Shown: positions 11,646 to 24,391 of the stretch, piece after piece
Layout: every line of letters starts with the position of its first letter
Position numbering within the stretch: position 1 is the stretch's first letter
From: Amphiscolops sp. MND2022
Lineage: Eukaryota
Length of the DNA: 64,000 nt
Reading direction: 5' to 3'
Assembly (NCBI GenBank): GCA_964187785.1
Contig: OZ076418.1
Location: 54,188,001 to 54,252,000, forward strand
Made by a program: the position numbers and the translations under genes
The notes under the pieces: generated by a model
Databases searched by the model: none
The model's input: the letters and a program-made list of their open reading frames with translations, nothing else
What the model was told of the DNA's origin: nothing

Positions 11646-14600
11646 TTGGAGCCACCAACTCTCAGCGAGACCCAGGTGTCACACCCCATCCTCAATAGCC
11701 AGCTAGAAGATGACATCGACTTTGATCGACACATCATAGCTGACGTAACCAACATGCAGTCTGGATCGCCCTCAGGTGCCGCAAACGGCGCACCACAACA
11801 GGACACTCCCAGGTCCTACCTCCCCCAGCAGACTGCAGAATATCCGAGGAATAACGAAAGCCCAACCAGAGAAACCAACGTCTACCCCTCTCTCTCAAGC
11901 AGGCAGACCGAAAACGAAGTCGAGGACCCTCGACCCCTCACCTCTGCCGCAACTAACACGCAATCTGGATTCCCCCCAGGTGCAGTAAACGACTCACCAT
12001 CCCAGGACGAACCCCAGTCCTACCCCCTGGCCCAGATTGCGGAATTCCTCACGAGAGACCCCATCACCAAAGAAGAGTGCATACCAATCTTCTCAGCGGT
12101 ATCACTTAAAAAGAAGAAGAAAATGCTCTTCGCACCCATGGATTTCCAGGACTTGACCCTGGACGCCCTCATCGATTCTGGCGCTCTCGTAAACTGCATC
12201 TCTGAAACAGATTACAACAAAATCATTCAAATGTCCCCCAAAGATGTAGTCAAAGAATTGGAACCTCCCCCCTTCAAACTTCAAGTCGCAAATGGCGACA
12301 TTGAGACACCTACCAAAACAATCATCCTCCAATTCGAGATCGGAGACTGGAATTTCAAAGAAACCTTTATCGTGGCCAAACGCCTGACTGGCCCGATACT
12401 TGGCCTTACATTCCTTAAAAACAATAGCGCAATCCTGGACGTGAGCCAAGGCCTGTTACACTTCCCCCACCTCACATATTCAATCGAAACTGATGAATAT
12501 ACACGTAACAGGAAATTGTATAAAGTACAGATCAAGAATCCACTCACGATTCCCCCGGAAACGACACAAACAATCACGGGCTCCACAGACACACCATCAA
12601 ACGTTGACACAACCGGTGTCATAAACCCAGCTACCAACCATTGTAGTGGTGACCCCCTAGTAGTAGCCAGCTCCATCTCAACAGCTTCCAACAGGAAAAT
12701 CGACATCAGAGTCACCAACACCACCCCTACACCTTTCACTATTAAACGCAACACCACAATCGCCGAATTCAAAATCCTGTCCCCGGAAGAGGCCAAAGAA
12801 CTCAGACCACTGAACACAGCAGCACTTAAAGTACTGACCGAAGACGACTCCGAAGATGCGCTAGTGTATATCAATGAGCTTCTGAAAACCTCAGAAAAAC
12901 CATCAAACAACCAAAACTTTTGGTTTCCTACACCGGACAATCCTGGCGACCCTAGTACCCACACGCCGATTCAAAGCAGAATACTGAGGGAAATCAAGGA
13001 ACTGGAAGAGATCCAGAAACTGGACCCCAATAACAATACTGAAGACCGAGAGGCTTTCCTCAAAAACTTTAAATGGGATGATTCCCAGTTAACAGAAAAT
13101 GACCAAAAAGACATTGAGGAAATCCTGATAGAGTTCAATGACATTTTCGCGAGGCACCGACTAGACATCGGAATCAACCACGACTTTAAAATCGAGCTCA
13201 CCCCAAAAACAGACGACCCCGTCTATTCACAGAGCTTGCCGTGCCCCATTAACCTGAAAGAGGACCTGACAGTCGAGTTGGCACTAATGCATTACTTCGG
13301 GATCATCACCACCCTCCCGTTCAGCAAGTATGCTAGTCCCATCTTCGCCCAACGGAAACCAAATGGCCGCCTGCGTCTCCTGGTCGACCTCAGGAAGATC
13401 AACAACCTAATCTCCGATGATTACAATAACAACAATCATCCCGTGAGCACATTGACCGACGCAGCGCAACACCTCGCTGGCAAAAAGTTGTTCTGTAAGC
13501 TTGATTGTTCACAAGCTTACCACGTGCTGCAAATGGCAGACCAGAAATCAGTGCAACTCCTAGCCTTCAACTTTGCCAGCAGGACATTTGCGTACCTCAG
13601 GCTAGCCCAGGGCCTGAGCCGCTCACTCTCGTCCTTCTCCAGTTTCATGAGGGAATATCTCGACAAAGCCATAAAGGCGGACAAATGCGCTCAGTACGTA
13701 GATGACATTGGAATCGCCACCAACACTCCCGAGGAGTTGAAGAACAACTTGAGAGAGGTCTTCCAATGCATCCGCGCTGCAGGACTCCGGCTCACCATGG
13801 CCAAATGTCAGTTCGGCGCCAAGGAAGTCGAATTCCTTGGGCGAACGATTTCCCCAGCAGGAGTGGCACCCCAGAGCCACAAGATCCAGAAACATCTCCA
13901 AACCATCAAATTCCCCCGAACGAAGAAGGGACTTCAAAAATACATCGGGTTTGTAAACTACTACAGAAATTACATTCCCCGATTGTCAGAGAAAATCGCC
14001 CCGTTCCATGAACTGATCAAATCAGACAAACCGGTAAAGATCGACCAAGACCTCATTTCCAATTTTGAAGCCATCAACAAGTCACTGGACAACGCATGCG
14101 GCCTTTGGCTCAAACAGCCACTGCCAAACCGGCAGTACGTGCTAATGACAGACGCAAGCTTCAAGAACGCCGGATATGCCTTGATGACGGAAGAGGACCC
14201 CGAACAAAAGATCACCTCCACCAAGAAGACTTACGCTCCAGTGGCATTTGGATCAAAGACCTTTTCACCGTCCCAGCTGAAAATGTCGATCTACGCCAAA
14301 GAATTCTTGGCCATCTATTTTGCATTTATGGAATACAGCCACATCTTGTGGGGTTCCTCCAAACCAACTATTGTCTTAACTGACAATAAATCGGTCACCA
14401 GGTTTTTTCAAACCAAGATGATTCCCCCCTCCCTCTGGAATGCCTGCGATTTCGTATTACAATTTCACTTCAAGATCGCCCATGTGCCAGGAAGAATAAA
14501 TACTGCAGCTGATTTCCTCTCCCGTCTCGACATCAGCCCCAAAGAAAAAGTCCTTCTCCAAATCAGAGAAGATATACAAACTACGCCGATCCAGGTGAAC

Positions 14601-16661
14601 ATTCAATCTTCCGACATCCATGAGGAAGATCAATTCTATTTTTTACCAGAGGACGACTCAGAGACCGAAGAGGACATCTGGGAGCGGAAACAACAAGCCC
14701 GCAAACAGATCTACTCACCATATAAAAAAAGCACTGATCCAATGAACGAAACTGACCAAACCATCTCTCAACCTGAGAACCTACCCCTGGTCTGTAACAA
14801 CATCCAAGACCCAGAACAGGAACAGCGGCGTCTACTACACAATGACACTAGTTTCCCACGCAGTTTGAGACCACACCAAGACCAGGACCCCGTCCTTAGA
14901 AACCTCAAACTGAAAATCCTAAAAGAACCATATGACACCCAACTACTGAATGATGACCCCAGAGCAGCCAAGTACCTCACTCAGGACGACCGCATCATCA
15001 TCAAAGATGGGCTCCTGTACAGACAATACTTTGGCGACACAGGCAAAGTCAAATATCTGCAAGTATTGCTCCCCCAACAATTGGTTGATGAATTCATACA
15101 ACACCACCATGGCAAATTCGGGAAACACCCAGGTATAGCCAAAACCATCCAGCAGTGCCGCGAAAAATATTACTTCCCAGGACTAGCCGCCCGCATAGCC
15201 ACGCACATTACACAGTGTCCAGAATGTGCGCAGACGAAAAGGACCCCAAATGCCAACATCACACCTCCACTGATCGACATGTCTAAAGTAGCACTGGGCC
15301 CAGAAGACGCGCTACAAATGGACATCGTCCCGTTCGACGACCCATCAGGAGGATATACCGCAGTCATTACAGCGATGGATGTATTCTCCCGATACCTCTT
15401 CGCTTATAGTGTCGCCAGGATCGATACCAAGACTGTCACGCGGGTCCTCACAGATATCATAACAAGACACTGTTACCTTCCCACGACGATAATAACGGAC
15501 AAAGGATCCCAGTTCATATCGGAGGCAATGCAACAAACAACAGCTGTCCTTGGAATCCAACTGAAACATGTCACTACCAAACATGCCCAGACGATTGGCA
15601 TCCTGGAAAGGACGCACGCCTCCCTCAAAGAAAGCCTAAAGATCATGACAGGAGAGAGGCGAACGATGTGGCACCAATTTTTACCAATGGCGGTATTAAA
15701 TTATAATACCTCATACCACACGTCACTGGGCTGTGAACCCAGCCGAGTTTTCCATGGAAGAGTACCATACAACGTACTTGACCTCAAATATGGCATCAAG
15801 CCACAGGCGTCCTCCACAATCAACCACGAAATAGCCGAGGGAGTGTTGAAGCAAACACAAGAAATCCTCAACCAGAGCCAACAAGCCCTGATGCAAGCCT
15901 ACGTCCGACATAAGCGTTATTATGACCGGAAAGCATCAGCTCACCCCTTAGTAGTAAACGACTACTGCTATGCTTTACATCCAAAGGCGCATAGCCAAGC
16001 GACGAAACTGCCGTTTAGAGAATACCTTTGAACGGGACCATATATCGTGGTCAAAACTCTGCCTAACAATAATTACCTTATACGCAAGCTACAAACCAAT
16101 TTTACCCAGATCCTGCACAGAATCAGACTCCGCCCCTTTGCAAGCAGCCAAAAACTGCCTGACATCACAGTTCCACCCAAAGATTACCAGCAGGATACTG
16201 AAGTAATAATTCAACACGACGACCTCTTCGCAATGGCGTGGGAAGAGCTATACAACGAATGCCCACCCCAACCCGAAAATAAACAATCGCCCGAACCCGA
16301 GATCATACTGCCAACCCCAGTAACAGACAACAACCCCACCCACCCTGAACCCCCAAGCCCTAACCTGGCATACGAACCCGAACCTACCCCAATCCACCCA
16401 AGTGATCAGGCACAGGACCCAACAGTCGACCTCGATGACATACCCGAAGAAAACACAGATACATCTAAATCCCCCCGAAAATCCCAATACAATCTTCGAA
16501 GAAACCCGACGTCAAATTGGAAGCCCGATTACGCCTATTACAATACCTTAACAGCTAACTCAACAAGCCCGGCACAATCAACCGGTAGCCTGGACGACGA
16601 CCCAGAATTTCAAGTTTTAGCAGACCTCGGCCCAGACGGCAGCCCGAGATCAGAAAATTAA
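11646..16661 (+). CDS. pol: Pol polyprotein (protease, RT, RNase H, integrase with GPY motif); one nonsense codon at 16029-16031
   Basis: LIDSGA (protease), YVDDIGI (RT), MTDASF (RNase H), H...H...CPEC plus MDIVPF / TDKGSQF / GILER (integrase); EYL*TGPY continues in frame to 16661. Frame open from 11529, first ATG 11754. Confidence 0.95.
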
Positions 16662-17018
16662 TTAGCCCCAGGCACTGGCCTAGACAGCATCCCTACAAAC
16701 TGAATCTCAAAATCTCTTCATTTCACAATGGCTTTCACTCAAACTACTATACTCTACGACTTGGATGAAAACAATTCGTTGGCTAAATACTGAATTAATT
16801 AGCCCAGGACAGCACTGAGCTGCCTCAACTTCTCCTCTCTGTTTTTTTTCTGATTTTTTTTCTTTGCCCTATAATACCAGAGCATATCATTCTGTGTATT
16901 TTGATTCACTACAAAGGAACCGACTTGCGGAACCGCTAATACAAGCAACAAATAAATAAACAGTCCATATACAAAGAGTCAATCAATTCATCAGCAAAAG
17001 TTCAAAATCATCACGTCT

Positions 17019-20000
17019 TCAGGTCGACTTCCCAGACCGCGTTGCCCGGGTACTACTCTTCGGTCCTTTTGACGAAGAACCTGCTCCACTTTGACTGCCC
17101 CCAGGAACAGCACTGGTAGAAGCACCAACAGTTGTCACACGGGCCCTCCACTCCTCAACCTGCCCTGTATAATACGCCGTATAACACTGGAGCAAGTCAT
17201 CGAAAATCCCAGCACGAGAATGGCGGCATACATCAGTCCAAGGATCAAACTCAGTCCGTGCCAGGAACCGATGCCCAACAGGCAGGTTGACTTTTAACTC
17301 CTCCAGACACCCTACGGTCAGCAACTCACCAACGACAAACTTTGGATGCAAAACAAATGACTGAACAGCACTCAGCCCAGAACGGATAACACTAGGCGGC
17401 AGATTTGTTCCACTCATAGAGATGTCCACAACAGGCATGGCAGCAGGAGCAGGCCCAACAATAACACGCACAAGACGAACTACTTGTTTCACATGGGCGC
17501 GGCACTGATAACTGGCATTATCCTCCAAATGAACAAATACGTTTTTGATCTGAGAAGCATCAGTCGATAACTGCCGAAGATCCACCACCAACGACTTAAA
17601 CTCGTTTACAGCAGCTTCTCGATCCAGACTACCCAAATAACCAGCTTCCTGGAAACAGGCGACCAAGTCCTGAAACAACTCTACAACGTAACCTGCATCT
17701 CCGCCGAGCAACATGTCCACACTCAGGCAACTGAGAGAGCGGGCGACCCGAGAACTGGCGTAACTGGATGCCCTGAGCTGTTTGAGCAACTCCAGCAAGA
17801 AAGTCTGACACTCCTTCAAGAAAGCTCGTCGAGGCGTAACGTCAAACCCACGCAGAGCCTTTAGGATACTAGGCTCACCTTGGAGACACTCACCAGCAGC
17901 AACGTTGGGCCAATTTGTCAAGGGCTGGTCGATATACTCAGACCAACAATCAATTGAAGGCAACTGACCCACCTTCTTGACCTTACTCAGCAGACTCCAG
18001 TAGAAAAAACAGAAGTCAACGAAGTTCCTGCAGGCATAATCCTTAACTGATGGATCAAATAGCTTCGCACAGTTAGTCCGGAAACACAGCAATACCACAT
18101 GCAACAAGGCGAGACGCGGCAGTCCCAATCGGTCCGAACACAGCAAAGAATCAAGATCCACCACATTAATGGACTTCTTCATCAGCAGCATATCATTAGC
18201 AAGACAAATCTTTATATCCGACCAATTTGACAACAACTCCTCCAGAACATCACAGAGAACAGCAAATGGCACTACACCACTATCCAGGCAGAGACGGAAT
18301 TGGGGCAGATTCAGGAGCCAGGCCTGATGGCGGACCCTCTTCAAACGCTGCACAAGATACTCAACCACAGCGAAGGCATCCACTGATCCCACACATGACA
18401 GACCAGCCTCGTTGACGATACGCCGCAACAGATCACCATCAAAAGACACAGCAACTAGAGGCACAGGCCGCCCGACTGCTCGACACCAATCGACGTAGGC
18501 GTTGAAAAGAACTGGAGAACAATTTTCAACAGAGACGGGTCCACGACGAGTGGACACCAACGATAAGGCACGAGACAAGCATTGAATTTCGGATTCACAG
18601 GAAACAGCAGCCTGATCTTCATCAGCGATACAAATCTCACGGGTCGAGTCATCTGTGCAACACCGAACAAAACATCTCACACTGGAACAGGACTGCTGTA
18701 GTACCAGGCTAAAGGGACTGTCTCCCAGCCACGTCTTCACACGTTTCAGCACACGTGGATACAGTGTCTGCACCAACACCACAAGAGTCTCAGTTTTGCT
18801 CCAGGTAACAGAAGCGTACGGGCTCTCGACCGGGAGAGTGGTTCTAAACTGGTTCCACAAGCGGCGTAAGAACACTTGCGAACCGCCACTCCTAAGAAGC
18901 TCCAGAAGACAACCCACAAGCGTCGAAGGTGGCACATTGGACGGGACGCCAACCAGTGCATCCACCTCGTCCTCAAGGAAAGGGTTCATTTTGCCGAGCG
19001 TAACAGGGGGCGTCTTCTCAATTTCTTCCCGCAACTCTGCAGATATCTCACCCACGGGAATCGCGTCAAAATCTTCTGTGTAGATAACGTCCTCATGGTC
19101 GTAACGATATCTCCGGTCTTTCAAGTAATGCCCCTTGCATTTGAAATGCCGCCAAATACCCCGAGGACCCCGGGACAGAAAGGAGACATCCTTGCGGCAG
19201 ATGGCACAGTTGAACCCATTGGGATTCTTGCCACTGCGGCGACTCACGAACAAACGCGGGAGGGCATGATGGCACATAGCCTTTGTCAGGACATGACGCT
19301 CAGACTGCCGTTTCGCCTTTTCCTCGTCGCGGGCCAACAGTTTTTCCTTCCGAACTTCAATGGGATCTAGCACACGACTAGGATCATTGGCATCAATGCC
19401 TTTTGCCTTCAACAGCCGTGACAACTCCTCGAATTCTAAAACACAACACTCTCCACAACAACTGGAAATCAAATCAAACCCGAAAACAAACAGCAGTAAA
19501 AGGACAGACCAAGCGGAAAACACAGACAAAACAGTTCATAGAATAGCAGATAAAAAGAGTTACAGACAACAACTTACGTTTAGCCAAAGTCTTCGTCTCT
19601 TTCATGGCTTCAGTCCGTTCGCTCCGGGCAGCACATCGAGCGAACATCACACACTGTGCGGCAGACATAATGACTGGAGACCCAGAAGGCACAGACTCTA
19701 ATCCAGCTAAACAGAAGAGAAAACCTTACCATACAACTAACAAATGAAGAAACCCCCCCTCCTCACAGGAGAATGACAGATAACATCCAACAATAAAACC
19801 ACCAGTACCAGAGTATGGAAGAACACAAACCAAATACACATACCTTTTTCCCATTCATTGTGGATGGTGGACGGCTCCAGGCCAACTGCTGGACGATAGT
19901 GCTGTCTCCTCTCAAAACGAGCCCCAGAATCAGGTAACACGGACACAGCCTCACTCTCTGCAGCCGGGGTTTCCTGCGACGGATCACAGACAAAGACATC

Positions 20001-20777
20001 ACTCTCCTCCGATGTTGCCGGTACTGCCTGAGACCCAGGATCAACGACTATAACATCACAATTAGTGCACAACCAGAGGAATAATATGGACAAAAGCACA
20101 AAACCACACACCCATAAAATTCCTAACGCCATACAAAGAAAGAAGAAAGAATACCTACTTTCAAGAGTCTTGGATGCGCTGATGACAGGTGGCTCATACT
20201 CGTTCCCAGAACTGTCACGCAGTGTGGGCGGCACAGGCATAGACCCAGAGATTATATCGGACAACTTTACCCGTCTGGAAGGCCCCACACTCCCGACAGA
20301 AGGCACACGACTGGCACGACGCTTCTTCTTGCCCTGAGATTGGGTACTACCGGAAGGGCGATAATCGTCATCAGTTTCATCATCAGACACTAAATACAAA
20401 GTAGAGATCAAAAGAACGCGTTCGCAGACACCTAGAAAAGGCTGGCCACCTATCAATTTCTAGAAAAGTTTACCTTTCTTATTGGCAAGATAGTCAAGTT
20501 CATGACGGGCATCACTGCTATCCGAATGAACAGATCCAGTCTCCTCGGGACACTCGGCCTCGTCATCATCCACATCTTTCTCGCCGAACCCACGTATTTT
20601 TGAACCAGCAGCACTGACACCAGCCTCCTCATTCTCATCCTGATCACCACTACCAGTAACTTCTTTTTCACCTCGAATGATGGACCCACCGACAGACTCA
20701 GACTCCAACTCACTCTCCATAAAACCAGCTCCTCGACTTTGACGCTGAAGGACATTATCCTCTTCAGTTGAACTCAT
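17019..20777 (-). CDS. Antisense five-exon accessory gene (about 1094 aa): acidic N-terminus, C2H2-type Zn finger, inactive hAT-transposase-like body
   Basis: Exons 20777-20474, 20389-20159, 20047-19844, 19706-19578, 19435-17019; four phase-1 GT-AG introns (84, 111, 137, 142 nt) splice to a 3285-nt open frame. CAIC-x16-H-x5-H finger; WSKTETLVVLVQTLYP...PFSLVLQQS resembles the hAT motif C.RTK...N.LAP...FS..D.S with Asp replaced by Gln. Confidence 0.82.
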
Positions 20778-20995
20778 TATCAAACAATCTAAAAATAGCA
20801 ATCAGCATAAAATCAAAGAAGATGTGGCGTAAAACAAGGAATTACTAATATCAAAAGTTATCTACTATATAAGGAGATTTGTTCAGTCTGCCAGCTGAAC
20901 AATTCATGGAGTTAACACGAACCGTGTGAACGAATCTTCCAAGCGGAGCAAATCAGTTGTACTACAAAATTGACTGACGCTTAGTTGACACTACA

Positions 20996-21556
20996 ATGAA
21001 TCACGCAAACTCAAGCAGCCAAATGAACGAAAATGTTTTTATTCTCGACAGAGATGAACAGCAGCAACCCAACCAAAGGCCCGGTACACCGCCGCCTAAT
21101 TATCAGCTAATTAATCCTGCACGCTGTCCTACTATTTACGAAATCATTAAAACCGAAGACCAGCACATCGTCTTGGTACACGACAGCCAATTACCACAGA
21201 TGATAAATGAAGAAGCAGAAAACAAAGTTATCCGCCGTTTCACGACTGAAAACCCGGTCATACCTGACGACGCATTTATAAGCCCGGTCATACCTGACGA
21301 CGCATTTATAAGCCCGGTCAGCGAGACCGAGAGCAGCTCCGAAGGATACTGGTCAGGCAGCAGTTGGTCCAGCATTTCCACTTGGCGCTCTTATGACTCA
21401 ATGAGAGATGACTTACCTACCTTGTTCGACACCCCGATCCGATCCATTTCCCAATTTCTTCTTCCAGAGGGAACTGGGCAAAGAAGCCGAGGACTGTCAC
21501 AGCCCCGCATAAGCTGCGAGTACTGCAACGTGTGTAACCCAGTCTTCAAAGAATAA
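20996..21556 (+). CDS. Small sense accessory ORF (186 aa) ending inside the 3' LTR
   Basis: ATG-initiated ORF; TATATAAG at 20866-20873; C-terminal SQPRISCEYC is conserved in frame as SQPQLSCETC, with synonymous changes, at the start of the related solo LTR. Confidence 0.55.
   Translation: MNHANSSSQMNENVFILDRDEQQQPNQRPGTPPPNYQLINPARCPTIYEIIKTEDQHIVLVHDSQLPQMINEEAENKVIRRFTTENPVIPDDAFISPVIPDDAFISPVSETESSSEGYWSGSSWSSISTWRSYDSMRDDLPTLFDTPIRSISQFLLPEGTGQRSRGLSQPRISCEYCNVCNPVFKE
21253..21320. repeat. 30-bp tandem repeat (2.3 copies, in frame, PVIPDDAFIS)
   Basis: cccggtcatacctgacgacgcatttataag at 21253 and 21283, partial at 21313. Confidence 0.95.
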
Positions 21557-23387
21557 ATTGGGAAAAGAGAGGAAAGAACAAGAAAGAAACAACAAAGGGA
21601 CAACTAGAAACAGAGGCGCTAAATTTGAAACAATTAAATAAAAAAATATATATATTAATATTACTATATTAATGTACACTTATTTAAATACGTACTTACG
21701 AATAACGGAGCTAAAGTGCAGTTAATAATGTTAATAAAAAGGGGCTAATATCAATACTACGTAAAACACTCAACCTGACAAGCAGTCAATCAATTCTTGA
21801 ACGGAACTGCGGCCTGGCGGCCGGCCTCAAATGCGCTCACTAAAGCGGTGGCCTGGCAGGCGGCCTGAGATTTGTAAACCAATACACAAGCATTCCCTTA
21901 CAGTGAATACATGTATACAAACTAATGGCTAATGCAGTGCTTCATCGACAGTGCAGTTTTGTATATATACCAATAATTGAGATTCCCGCGCCAATTCATT
22001 GCAATATTTTGGACCGCGGCCTGAGACGCGGCCTGAGAATGAAAATACAGCGAACTGTCCGTAAAATTAGAAAGTGTCGATGCTAACATGTAACTTTGTT
22101 TCGAAATAACTCTAATAGCCATCACTGATGATCCTAAATAATACTGTTGATTGGAATATTACATATAATGTACTTTTACATGTAAATGGCGTCTAATCAG
22201 TAAATAAGCCTGAACCGTGGCCTGAGCCAAAGGCTCAATGTCAAAATGCAAACCAAGGGTTAATTGCATGCATATACCATTTTCTAAACACGTTACCGTT
22301 TAATTGCATTTATTATTCCATAAAATAATGTCTCTGATGCTATGCACTGTTTATAATCACTGTATTTTGTTGAACCAATTTGTCCGTCCAGGACCATGGC
22401 CTGGGACCAGGCTTTGCCGTTTTATTTAAAACATCACCTAATACACCGTAGAAAAGATTCTACTCTCCCTTTTGCAGTTTATCATACGTTTTCCATTTAA
22501 TTTCTCTCATTTCGTTGCTAATTTATTTTAATTAGAGAATATCTGTAAAAGGAATTTGACTGTCATCGTTTCTTCCCAAATTTAGTGCAGTTTGTTAACT
22601 TCGTTTGATGAGTCACAGCGTGTGTTTTTGCTAGTTGTTCAGTTCGGCGTCCCGAAGAGGCGGGAGATTGGAAAGGAAGGAAAGCGAAGTCGCAACTCAG
22701 GCCGGAAGTGGACGCTTGCTTTCCCCGGGAAGCATGAACAAACTGAAAGCCTGAGTTCGACTAAGCGGAACTGAATTTCCGGTTTCCCTGCCTCGGATGG
22801 ACGCCGGGCTGAACGAAGTGTGAAGTATGTGCGTGTCTTTTTTCTTGCTTCCTCTATCGGAAGGTATAAATATGATGGGACCAAGAAGCCATATTTAGTC
22901 AAATTTTGTCGTTTATCGCAAGCAATTGTCTCTTGTTGAAAATAATTGAAAGTTTCAGAACTTCGAATTTCTTTGCTTAAGAATCTACTTAAACTTCTTC
23001 TAAAGAAATTTGAGAACTTAAACTTGAACAAGATGCCCGAAAGAAGCTCGAAAAGGAAAGCTAGGCGAGATTCCCCAGTGAATTCAGTAGACGAACCTGA
23101 GTCCTCCAGCATGAGGACTGAGAATACCCCTTGCTTGTCTGACAAGGACTTCAATGAGTTATCCGAAAAGATAGAAAAGTCCGTCAGCAAAAGAATTAAG
23201 GACACGGAAATTGGACAACGAGAGATTTTGAAAATGATAGAGAATCTAGCCTCCAAGATAGACACACTAGCAGAAAAACCGTCCTACAACGCACACCACG
23301 ATCCCGATGACGAAGACTTAGAGAATACGTATTTTAGACCCGGAACAGTTGAACCGAATGATTTACATCTAAATCACGGTCAACACA
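21495..23387 (+). repeat. 3' LTR (1893 bp)
   Basis: Same termini and length as the 5' LTR; preceded by purine-rich gggcaaagaagccgaggac (probable PPT). Confidence 0.97.
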
Positions 23388-23392
23388 CTGCC

Positions 23393-24391
23393 CAAAGCCA
23401 CAAAGCATTTATTGCCACTATGCTGAAAGATATTTACCATTGCGATCAATCGCGAATTGTCTATTTAGTCGGTGACAACTGTGCGATGAATAAGTTATTA
23501 GCATCCTTTTTCGGGGTTCCGTTGATAGGATGTGCCTCACACAGGTTGAGTTTGGCGATCAACCATTTCGTCAAACAAGAAGGCCGTTTCGTCTTGATTG
23601 AGAGAGTTTATGAACTCATGAAGAAACTTCGGACTTTGAAATATGCAGCGAAGTTGAGATTTTGGTGGGCGGAGAAGGCAAATGGGCCAGCATTATCTGC
23701 CATAATACGGAACGAGACACGTTGGAGTTCAACGTATTTCATGATTACTCGGTATTTCCAACTGCTTCCAGTTCTTGATGTGAAAGATGATGGCATAACA
23801 TCTTTTCTACTGAGTCCAGAAGAAAATAAACGTTTATAAAAGTTGCAGAAAGAGTTGATGCAATTTGAATCTGTCACCAAAGAGTTACAATCAGAAGAAA
23901 TTGACTTAGCTGCCGTTCGCTGTTTATTTGATGGACTTATTGAGTGCCACCCGGAGCTTAGTCATTACATTGGGGCAGATGCTGATATAATACAATCAAA
24001 AGACTTTGAAAACGCAGTCGTCAAAGTCCTAAATTCAGAAGATAAAAAGTTGAATGCGAAAGAAAAACATTCTCTAATTGGGTTTAAACGATCTGCCCCT
24101 GGATCGGATGTGGAATTACTGGAGATCGAGGAAAGTGTCAGTTTTGCCAAAAAGTTGCTTATGGAAAGACAAAGCAAGTCAGGTGTAAAATCAGAATACA
24201 CCGATTTACGACAAATCCCATCTACGTCAAACAGGGCTGAAAGGGTTTTCAGCACAGCAAAGCTGATAACGACAGACCAACGTAATCGAAATTCCCCAAC
24301 GGCTTTGGAGGAAACTTTGTTCCTCAAAGTTAATCGAAAATTCTGGGACTTGACTACTGTTTCACAAGTAATTATCAACGAAAAGAAGTGA
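23393..24391 (+). pseudogene. hAT transposase, C-terminal part (catalytic core and dimerisation domain)
   Basis: LVGDNCAMN, GCASHRL (CxxH), ETRWSSTY, IPSTSNRAERVFS...LFLKVN; premature TAA at 23837-23839. Confidence 0.93.

Larger units (their letters stand above)
7872..23387 (+). mobile_element. Full-length 15.5-kb Ty3/Gypsy LTR retrotransposon with accessory genes
   Basis: TG...CA LTRs at 7872-9764 and 21495-23387; 5-bp TSD CTGCC at 7867-7871 and 23388-23392; PR-RT-RH-INT order in pol. Confidence 0.97.

Noticed and set aside
9757-15911. Many short minus-strand and alternate-frame ORFs within gag and pol
   Set aside because: Shadow ORFs of long coding regions; no motifs. The same applies to those inside 55629-61919.
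16047-16661. Chromodomain at the integrase C-terminus
   Set aside because: Tail is Pro/Thr/Asp-rich low complexity with no chromodomain aromatic pattern.
17019-19529. env gene, or a stand-alone 836-aa ORF with an N-terminal signal peptide
   Set aside because: It is antisense to gag-pol; the hydrophobic start (MSVFSAWSVLLLLFVF) lies in predicted intron 4; no furin site or C-terminal TM anchor.
19737-20456. Membrane protein with two hydrophobic helices
   Set aside because: Both hydrophobic stretches coincide with T-rich predicted introns 2 and 3.
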